Below the pieces are notes generated by a model that was not told where the DNA came from, searched no databases, and saw only the letters and a list, made by a program, of their open reading frames with translations. Position numbers and translations under genes: made by a program. 5,062 nucleotides of DNA. Origin: a virus. Lineage: Duplodnaviria; Heunggongvirae; Uroviricota; Caudoviricetes. Location of the stretch: the IMG/VR virus record IMGVR_UViG_3300012974_000295. One strand, written 5' to 3'. Shown here piece by piece: positions 1-4,694 of this stretch. Numbering within the stretch: position 1 is the first letter of the stretch; each line of letters starts with the position of its first letter.

Positions 1-123
1 AAAGTGCTTCATAAAATCGTTAAGCGCATTAATTCGCTGATCGAAAGGCATTACAGGTGCTTCACCAGCAATTTTTGTTTTTTCAGCGATTTCACGAAGC
101 TTTTGATAATCAATCTTGCTCAC
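1..123 (-). CDS. Hypothetical phage early protein, partial (start in window, 3' end beyond left edge); positional equivalent of the gene after yfdS in CPS-53-like elements
   Basis: Minus strand has GGAGG (130-134) 6 nt upstream of a GTG at 123-121 that overlaps the stop of the upstream gene (GTGA-type coupling). The frame is open for 41 codons to the window edge (VSKIDYQKLREIAEKTKIAGEAPVMPFDQRINALNDFMKHF...). It is absent from the ORF track because it has no in-window stop. Product unknown. Confidence 0.4.
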   Translation of the reverse strand, partial: MSKIDYQKLREIAEKTKIAGEAPVMPFDQRINALNDFMKHF

Positions 124-470
124 TGGTTGCCTCCTTTGCGAATCTGTTCCGCCCATTCTTCTAGGGATTTCTCCGCATATTCACCAGACAGGCCATCAAT
201 CGGATGCGGTTCATTAGCCAACTCTTCTTTCGCTGACAGAATCATGCGTGTAACGTCGAAAACTTCAGCCAAAGGCTTATTGATAAATCCGTGATTGAAA
301 GCAGCAGCAAGACGGCTTGCGGTATAGTTAATACCCTCGTTGCGAGCCTCAGCACGTACTTCATCGAATTTACGCACCAGATACTCAGCATTTGTTTCAT
401 TCACTTTCAGATCTCGCGGTACACATTTCCCGCGAAGAAACCCTTCCATTTCGAAAACATTCATGCGCAT
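120..470 (-). CDS. Hypothetical early-left operon protein, 116 aa (114 aa if started at M3); positional equivalent of yfdS
   Basis: ORF-track ORF with protein-like composition (charged, helical). GGAG lies 8 nt upstream of the ATG at 470. The alternative start M3 (464-462) forms an ATGA overlap with the stop of the upstream HD gene. The overlapping plus-strand ORF 4-294 is Cys/Phe/Ser-rich and judged spurious. No recognisable domain by eye. Confidence 0.65.
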   Translation of the reverse strand: MRMNVFEMEGFLRGKCVPRDLKVNETNAEYLVRKFDEVRAEARNEGINYTASRLAAAFNHGFINKPLAEVFDVTRMILSAKEELANEPHPIDGLSGEYAEKSLEEWAEQIRKGGNQ

Positions 471-997
471 TTGCGTAACTCCGATAACTCGTTAAAACGT
501 TCCATAAACATCCCATAGGCATGGCCTGGCGACAGTGGAATAACTTTGAACATCTCTGTTGCCGGGATACCTTCCAGAACAGGCCAGAAAGAGCCATCAT
601 CAAGCCCGAGATCACGGCGTTCGGTTGCCAGCATAATGAGATCGGCATATTTCACTGGCGTGCTCATAACAGGAGGTAACCCGTATTTCTCACGGATTAC
701 GGCGTCTATTTTTTCTTCCATCCGTTTATAGTCAGGAAGAAGTCGTTTCAATGGTGCGGGGATGTCCTGGCAATACGCTTCTGTTGCATCATGCATTAAC
801 GCTTCAAAAGCAAATTCCTGCGGCACCAGCTGGCTGCAAAGCACTGCATGCTGGGCGACACTGTAGAAGTGTGAAAGATGTCCTGCAAAGCGACAGATAT
901 TTGAAAGGGAAACCGCGATATCGTTAATCACGATGTCGTCTTTATTTATCTTGTCATAATAAAAATGCTTCCCGGAAAAAGTTTTAATAAATGACAT
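461..997 (-). CDS. yfdR: HD-domain metal-dependent phosphohydrolase, YfdR-like (178 aa)
   Basis: Translation contains the HD-superfamily motifs H...HD...D (SVAQHAVL, ALMHDATEAY, CQDIP). The track ORF begins with GTG at 1024; I prefer the ATG at 997 (MSFIKTF...) because GGAGAA lies 6 nt upstream and the 178-aa length matches my memory of K-12 YfdR. Symbol is from memory and synteny (120/274/178-aa genes in yfdP-Q-R order), not from a search. Confidence 0.7.
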   Translation of the reverse strand: MSFIKTFSGKHFYYDKINKDDIVINDIAVSLSNICRFAGHLSHFYSVAQHAVLCSQLVPQEFAFEALMHDATEAYCQDIPAPLKRLLPDYKRMEEKIDAVIREKYGLPPVMSTPVKYADLIMLATERRDLGLDDGSFWPVLEGIPATEMFKVIPLSPGHAYGMFMERFNELSELRKCA

Positions 998-1090
998 TTT
1001 GTTCTCCACGTATATGCGTTGCACCGTGCTGAATTCTGGTAAAAGGAAGCCCTCACCATCTGGCGATTATTGGGTAAATTATGTTGACAT

Positions 1091-1112
1091 AAATGCCCCC
1101 GCAGGGGCATTT
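1091..1112 (-). other. GC-rich hairpin in the yfdQ-yfdR intergenic region (possible partial terminator or RNA stability/processing element)
   Basis: Perfect 9-bp inverted repeat AAATGCCCC / GGGGCATTT with a 4-nt loop, 13 nt downstream of the yfdQ stop on the minus strand. The flanks are only moderately U-rich on either strand, so a strong terminator is unlikely. Confidence 0.3.
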
Positions 1113-1124
1113 GCAGTAATGAAA

Positions 1125-1949
1125 TCAGGCGGTGAAAGTACCAATAAAGGTTTCTGCTTTGCTGTCTTTGAATTTCTCAACAAGCAGATCACGAAATTCG
1201 TTAGCCATTTCTTCCTGCACCGCTTCCAGCTGAATAATGCGCAGAACCAGTACAGGACGATCGCCAGTGATAATGCTGAGGCGTAATTTAAACGGACGTT
1301 CTTTCAGACCTTCAAACGGAACGCATTTAAATTCAAATGCCACTGGCATAATGTCTTTGGTCTTCGCTTCGACAGACTCCATCAGGGAGCGTTTGCCGCT
1401 GAAGTCATTATCTTCAAAATCAGCGGTCTGGTTCGCTTCAATTGTGATTTTACGGATCGCCGCAGCCGCTTTGGTTGCCTGAATGGCGTCACCATTAGCA
1501 TCAAAGCCCACAAGGTAGTCGGCCCAGTCTTCAATCCATTCTGCCAGTGACTTCTGGGAGTTACGCTCGCCGTTAACAGACAACAGGGCAGAGAACGGTG
1601 CTGTCTTTTTCAGTTTGAGAGTGGCGGTGTTATCTGCGTGACCTGGTTCATCAATAGTACCCAGGTTAAGCACACTGACTGCTCGCATATTATCGGCATC
1701 GATAAAGCAGCGGGTGCCTTCATCTGCAAGATCTTTAGAATAACGGGTAAAGTCATCGATGCTGGCAGTGGAAAGCGCACCACGGAAACGGAAGCGATTT
1801 AAATTAAATTTTTCCAGATCATGAATGCGGAAATTCTCAGGCAATGCCACAGCATCGGCACCAATCTTACTGATAATTTCATTAACACCCTGAGCAGAAA
1901 TAAGGGCATGGATTTGATTAATTGCGGTTGCGTCTAAGTTCTGAGACAT
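1125..1949 (-). CDS. yfdQ: YfdQ-like phage protein (DUF2303 family as I recall), 274 aa
   Basis: ATG at 1949 with GAGGA 6 nt upstream and TGA stop at 1127-1125. Protein-like composition. Length and gene order match my recollection of K-12 CPS-53 YfdQ. No catalytic motif recognised by eye. Confidence 0.7.
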   Translation of the reverse strand: MSQNLDATAINQIHALISAQGVNEIISKIGADAVALPENFRIHDLEKFNLNRFRFRGALSTASIDDFTRYSKDLADEGTRCFIDADNMRAVSVLNLGTIDEPGHADNTATLKLKKTAPFSALLSVNGERNSQKSLAEWIEDWADYLVGFDANGDAIQATKAAAAIRKITIEANQTADFEDNDFSGKRSLMESVEAKTKDIMPVAFEFKCVPFEGLKERPFKLRLSIITGDRPVLVLRIIQLEAVQEEMANEFRDLLVEKFKDSKAETFIGTFTA

Positions 1950-2014
1950 AATAAGTCCTCACTATATAAAGATATTCAGTGATGAGATAAATAATCGGTT
2001 AATTAAGAACGATA

Positions 2015-2377
2015 TTAATGACCTGCTGCGCGGAGTTTTCCGTCAGGTTCACCGGCAAGAGTCAGTAATTGTCCCTGGTCTTCCTGCAGAATAGTCAGGC
2101 GACCACCGCGATTGACATACATCGGCGTTTCGGTGGTGTCTTCTTCGGAAATTTTCCCGCGGTTAGTCGGGCGAACATATGAGAGTTTGTGTTTGATTTT
2201 CACACGGTTCTCATCAAATGGTTCGATTTCCAGGTTGAGTGAGACCTTACCTTTGGTTTTCGTGTTCATCACACCTGAAGCGACTTCACTGAGAACTGCG
2301 CCGATTTTGGTTTCAAATACGCCGCCGTCCAGCTCCCCGATAAATGCCTGCACATCAGTACTGCGTTCGCTAGCCAT
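2015..2377 (-). CDS. yfdP: YfdP-like phage protein, 120 aa; first gene of the leftward early operon
   Basis: The track ORF extends to 2563, but the 62-codon N-terminal extension is Cys/His/Arg/Pro-rich and coincides with the leader hairpins. The internal ATG at 2377 (MASERSTDVQ...) has GAGGAG 7 nt upstream and gives 120 aa, matching my recollection of K-12 YfdP. TAA stop at 2017-2015. Confidence 0.65.
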   Translation of the reverse strand: MASERSTDVQAFIGELDGGVFETKIGAVLSEVASGVMNTKTKGKVSLNLEIEPFDENRVKIKHKLSYVRPTNRGKISEEDTTETPMYVNRGGRLTILQEDQGQLLTLAGEPDGKLRAAGH

Positions 2378-2425
2378 TTTGCTGCTCCTCATCATATCGA
2401 CCCTGCAAGGTCGGTTGGTTTCTCC

Positions 2426-2514
2426 ACAAAACAGAGAAGAACACCTGCGGTGGCAGCCGCCCGGATGGATTGGGTTATGAGCCCGTCGTCCGGTGATGCT
2501 CTTCTCTGTTTTGT
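2426..2514 (-). repeat. Long inverted repeat (15 bp perfect, 16/17 extended) enclosing a 55-nt GC-rich core; predicted compound RNA hairpin in the yfdP 5' leader
   Basis: 2426-2442 ACAAAACAGAGAAGAAC is the reverse complement of 2498-2514 GCTCTTCTCTGTTTTGT with one mismatch. The core contains nested small inverted repeats (GCGG/CCGC 2447-2460, GGG/CCC 2472-2484, CCGG/CCGG 2461-2493). The element ends 49 nt upstream of the yfdP ATG. Confidence 0.5.
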
Positions 2515-2560
2515 AAAAAGAGCGGTACCAGCCGGAAGCAAGTGTACAAACTGGTACCGC
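2515..2560 (-). terminator. Candidate intrinsic terminator within the early-left leader (minus strand)
   Basis: Perfect 10-bp stem GCGGTACCAG / CTGGTACCGC (2522-2531 and 2551-2560, 7/10 GC) followed on the minus strand by UCUUUUU (2521-2515). The 19-nt loop is larger than typical. There is no U-tract on the plus strand, so any activity is minus-strand specific. Confidence 0.4.
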
Positions 2561-2985
2561 CAAAGCAGTGGCTGTTGTGGTGACCGGTGCTGATCTCCGG
2601 CTTGCGGTTATTTCAGACTCTCACGGGTGTTTAATTGCCCCGCCGAACAGCTCTTTTCCGCAATAGCTGCAATGTCTTTCGCGCATCAGCCTGCGCATTC
2701 ACCACAACGTTGAGAGCACTTAGCCAGTTACGGCACCACACTTTGTCGCGGTTCCATAAATGCCCTCATCGTTGCACCCTGGTCTCTTCCCAGGTGTCAA
2801 ACCGAACCGCCACGCTGGTTAGGCGTCTTATCAGCATCATCATTGACTTGCACATTCCGGCTACCTGGTTTGTTTGCCCGAGCAAGGAGTGGATTGTCCC
2901 CTTTAACGTCCCCAGACCGCTAACGACGCATGTGCCATACGCCGTGTTACAACCAAATTTTGTTAGTACCTTGTTTGTTGGTCTG
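2561..2985 (-). ncRNA. Candidate structured noncoding leader or ncRNA transcribed from the pL-like promoter (no N-like ORF present)
   Basis: Every minus-strand frame is broken by stops every 10-60 codons. The only long ORFs (2635-3003 plus, 2766-3044 minus) are Arg/Cys/His/Thr-rich and not protein-like. By hand count the region is about 55% GC against roughly 30-40% for the adjacent repressor gene. Several local inverted repeats are present (e.g. GGTCTGG 2980-2986 with CCAGACC 2912-2918). Boundaries are approximate. Confidence 0.3.
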
Positions 2986-2991
2986 GAAAGA

Positions 2992-3020
2992 AAGATAAAA
3001 TGAAGTTGCGCATTATGCAA
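2992..3020 (-). promoter_or_regulatory. pL-like early-left promoter (candidate)
   Basis: On the minus strand, TTGCAT (3020-3015, inside an operator site) is followed by a 17-nt spacer and TATCTT (2997-2992). Predicted start is near 2985, reading toward yfdP. Confidence 0.4.
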
Positions 3021-3044
3021 GTGTTTTTGTTGCGAGATATGCAA
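3006..3044. promoter_or_regulatory. OL-like operator pair: two 15-bp imperfect palindromes
   Basis: TTGCGCATTATGCAA (3006-3020) and TTGCGAGATATGCAA (3030-3044) have centres 24 bp apart. They share the TTGCG...GCAA pattern with the sites between the cI-like and cro-like genes. Confidence 0.5.
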
Positions 3045-3050
3045 TTTGAT

Positions 3051-3079
3051 GGGTAATGAAAAGCCACCTTCGGGTGGCT
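3051..3079 (-). terminator. Intrinsic terminator downstream of the repressor gene (minus strand)
   Basis: 7-bp stem AGCCACC / GGTGGCT (3062-3068 and 3073-3079) with a 4-nt loop, followed on the minus strand by UUUUCAUU. It lies about 20 nt beyond the repressor stop codon. The plus-strand tail is not U-rich. Confidence 0.55.
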
Positions 3080-3099
3080 AATTGATGAGGAGGTAAGGG

Positions 3100-3792
3100 T
3101 TAATTGTGTCGCTTAAGGGTTTGTGACTGGCTGATTAAGACCTTTCCAAAGACCATAAACCGGTGTTCATTTTCGCTGGTAATTCCCCATTCACGGTAAA
3201 TCTGGTTATCAGAAATCACCAGTAGTTTGTCAGGTATCATTTGCAGTCGTTTGACATAAATTTTATCATCAAAACCAAATACATAGATACCATCTCCATC
3301 AAACTGATTGATACTGACATCAACGAAGATGAGATCTCCTGGCTCAATGGTTGGACACATACTGTCCCCACGAACGTTGATTACTTTAATGTGATTTGCT
3401 GGCCGTCCGCCAAACATCGATACAGCATTATCAGTTCTGTATTCAATGGCATGAATCACATCAATGACATCACCGCCCTGGATAAGGCCATTTCCCGCAC
3501 TGGCACTGATATCCAGCATTTCAATACGGAATACATCCTTCACCTGCGCAACATCCTCACTAATACTGTTTTTACATACAGTATTACTTTTGAAGTCTGA
3601 GGTAAAGAGATCAGCAATATCAACACCTAAGCTCCTGGCAATATTACTCAGGGCTTGTTCAGTGAATTGTTTCTGCTTACCTGTTTCCAGGCGCGAGATA
3701 TTTGCCGCATCCACTCCTATTGCTTCAGCGAGATCGGCGATTTTCATGTTCTTCGCTTGGCGAAGTTGTCTGACTCGATTTCCTATGTTCAT
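3100..3792 (-). CDS. cI-like prophage repressor: N-terminal XRE-type HTH plus C-terminal LexA-like S24 peptidase autocleavage domain (230 aa)
   Basis: N-terminus RVRQLRQAKNMKIADLAEAIGVDAANISRLETGK is a classic HTH. The C-terminal domain has the Ser-Lys dyad context (VRGDSMCPTIEPGDLIFVD and YVKRL) and a candidate Ala-Gly cleavage site (SASAGNG). It is divergent from the cro-like gene. There is no SD upstream of the ATG at 3792. Confidence 0.85.
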   Translation of the reverse strand: MNIGNRVRQLRQAKNMKIADLAEAIGVDAANISRLETGKQKQFTEQALSNIARSLGVDIADLFTSDFKSNTVCKNSISEDVAQVKDVFRIEMLDISASAGNGLIQGGDVIDVIHAIEYRTDNAVSMFGGRPANHIKVINVRGDSMCPTIEPGDLIFVDVSINQFDGDGIYVFGFDDKIYVKRLQMIPDKLLVISDNQIYREWGITSENEHRFMVFGKVLISQSQTLKRHN

Positions 3793-3798
3793 GCGTTT

Positions 3799-3827
3799 AT
3801 TACATTTCTTTATTGCGCGTTAAGCAA
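3799..3827 (-). promoter_or_regulatory. PRM-like promoter for the repressor gene, predicted to give a leaderless mRNA
   Basis: On the minus strand, TTGCTT (3827-3822) is followed by a 17-nt spacer and TGTAAT (3804-3799). The -10 ends 6 nt before the ATG at 3792, so the predicted start is at or next to the A of the ATG, as for lambda cI from PRM. The -35 overlaps operator site 3813-3827. Confidence 0.35.
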
Positions 3828-3875
3828 ATCAACTTGCGCAAAATATTTGCGTGAAATAATATGCTCATCACGCAA
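3813..3875. promoter_or_regulatory. OR-like tripartite operator: three sites with centres 24 bp apart
   Basis: Sites are TTGCGCGTTAAGCAA (3813-3827), the palindrome CGCAAA-ATA-TTTGCG (3837-3851, overlapping TTGCGCAA at 3834-3841) and ATGCTCATCACGCAA (3861-3875, reverse complement TTGCGTGATGAGCAT). Centres fall at 3820, 3844 and 3868. The half-sites TTGCG/CGCAA are shared with the OL pair. The middle site has inverted half-site polarity and is the least certain. Confidence 0.5.
3834..3862 (+). promoter_or_regulatory. PR-like promoter for the cro-like gene
   Basis: TTGCGC (3834-3839), a 17-nt spacer and TAATAT (3857-3862) predict a start near 3869. GGAGG (3881-3885) lies 4 nt before the ATG at 3890. 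The -10 and start overlap operator site 3861-3875. Confidence 0.45.
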
Positions 3876-3889
3876 TATGTGGAGGTTAT

Positions 3890-4150
3890 ATGCAATCACC
3901 ATTACGGAATGTGCGTAAAGCGCACGGATTTACTTTGCAGCATGTTGCTGCTGGCGTTCAGGTCAATCCAGCGACGCTGAGTCGTATTGAAAGACTGGAA
4001 CAAATTCCATCTATCGAGCTTGCAGAACGTCTGGCCAATTTTTTTAAGGGTGAAATCAGCGAAATGCAGATTCTTTATCCGGCACGTTTTCAATCTAGCC
4101 AAAACCAGAATGGGTTTAAACCACAGGAACAGGAGATAAGCCGTGGGTAA
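3890..4150 (+). CDS. Cro-like HTH regulator (86 aa)
   Basis: Small ORF divergent from the repressor gene, with an HTH segment (TLQHVAAGVQVNPATLSRIERLEQ) and GGAGG upstream. Its TAA stop at 4148-4150 overlaps the GTG start of the next gene by 8 nt. Confidence 0.8.
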   Translation: MQSPLRNVRKAHGFTLQHVAAGVQVNPATLSRIERLEQIPSIELAERLANFFKGEISEMQILYPARFQSSQNQNGFKPQEQEISRG

Positions 4151-4694
4151 GCATCACTGGAAAGTGGAAAAACAGCCTGAGTGGTACGTGAAAGCTGTCA
4201 GAAAAACTATCGCGGCGTTGCCGGGGGGTTACGCTGAAGCTGCTGAGTGGCTGGATGTAACAGAGAACGCTTTATTCAACCGCCTTCGTGCAGATGGCGA
4301 TCAGATTTTCCCGCTGGGATGGGCAATGATTTTACAGCGCGCTGCTGGCACTCACTACATTGCGGATGCTGTCGCACAGTCTGCTGGTGGGGTGTTTGTA
4401 TCGCTTCCTGAAATTGAGGAAGTAGAGAACGCCGATATAAACCAGCGCCTGCTGGAAGTCATCGAACAAATCGGGAGTTACTCAAAGCAGATTCGTTCGG
4501 CAATCGAAGATGGGGTAGTGGAGCCACACGAGCAGACAGCAATTAATGATGAGTTGTATCTGTCAATTTCGAAGCTCCAGGAGCATGCGGCACTGGTCTA
4601 CAAAATTTTCTGCGCTCCAGAAAAGAGTGACGCCCGCGAGTGTGCAGCTCCGGGCGTCGTGGCGTTTTGTGTCTGTGGAGAAACTAACGCATGA
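4143..4694 (+). CDS. cII-position regulatory protein (183 aa); possibly a CII-like/CP76- or YdaT-like regulator
   Basis: GTG start at 4143 with AGGAG (4131-4135) 7 nt upstream, translationally coupled to the cro-like gene. Protein-like composition with a possible HTH around AEWLDVTENALFNRLRADG. Function is inferred mainly from gene position; family assignment is unverified. Confidence 0.55.
   Translation: MGKHHWKVEKQPEWYVKAVRKTIAALPGGYAEAAEWLDVTENALFNRLRADGDQIFPLGWAMILQRAAGTHYIADAVAQSAGGVFVSLPEIEEVENADINQRLLEVIEQIGSYSKQIRSAIEDGVVEPHEQTAINDELYLSISKLQEHAALVYKIFCAPEKSDARECAAPGVVAFCVCGETNA
4619..4658 (-). terminator. Candidate minus-strand intrinsic terminator inside the 3' end of the cII-position gene (oop-like antisense RNA terminator)
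   Basis: Perfect 8-bp GC-rich stem GACGCCCG / CGGGCGTC (4629-4636 and 4651-4658), with an extra GAG/CTC pairing inside the loop. On the minus strand it is followed by ACUCUUUUCU (4628-4619). On the plus strand a U-run starts only 6 nt after the stem. Confidence 0.35.

Noticed and set aside
4-731. Track ORFs 4-294 (+), 291-518 (+), 397-648 (-), 546-731 (+)
   Set aside because: They overlap better-supported minus-strand genes in other frames, have low-complexity or Cys/Ser-rich composition, and lack ribosome-binding sites.
461-1024. GTG start at 1024 for the HD-domain gene (187 aa)
   Set aside because: The ATG at 997 has a well-placed GGAG and gives the 178-aa length; the upstream GTG has no obvious ribosome-binding site.
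999-2480. Plus-strand track ORFs 999-1286, 1237-1482 and 2112-2480
   Set aside because: They are antisense to yfdQ and yfdP, with no ribosome-binding sites and atypical composition.
2378-2563. In-frame 62-codon N-terminal extension of yfdP, giving the 182-aa ORF in the track
   Set aside because: The extension begins at TTG, is Cys/His/Arg/Pro-rich, and coincides with the leader hairpins. The internal ATG at 2377 has a strong GAGGAG site and gives the expected 120 aa.
2621-2698. 25-codon sORF (MRRLMRERHCSYCGKELFGGAIKHP) with an Arg-rich N-terminus, considered as a mini N-like peptide
   Set aside because: No usable Shine-Dalgarno at the right spacing, far shorter than known N proteins, and the start codon sits inside a small hairpin. 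Kept only as a remote possibility.
2681-2717. boxA-like GCTCTC followed 15 nt later by a 5-bp hairpin (GCGCA/TGCGC), considered as a nut-like site
   Set aside because: The boxA match is imperfect and the hairpin loop does not resemble known boxB loops. Too weak to call without comparative data.
2635-3003. Plus-strand 122-aa ORF in the leader region
   Set aside because: Composition is not protein-like (Arg/Cys/His/Thr-rich, few acidic residues). No ribosome-binding site. It is antisense to the predicted early-left transcript and overlaps operator and promoter sequence.
2766-3044. Minus-strand 92-aa ORF starting inside the operator
   Set aside because: Its TTG start lies inside the operator site upstream of the predicted transcription start. 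The only in-transcript ATG leaves a 29-aa peptide with no good ribosome-binding site.
3087-3093. Strong GAGGAGG Shine-Dalgarno-like sequence on the plus strand
   Set aside because: No start codon at the right spacing; the downstream frame gives only about 30 codons, antisense to the repressor 3' end. It lies in the repressor 3' UTR between the stop and the terminator, and is probably fortuitous.
3241-4102. Track ORFs 3241-3600 (+), 3464-3823 (+), 3655-3918 (+), 3902-4102 (-)
   Set aside because: They are antisense to, or overlap, the well-supported cI-like and cro-like genes, and they span the operator region.
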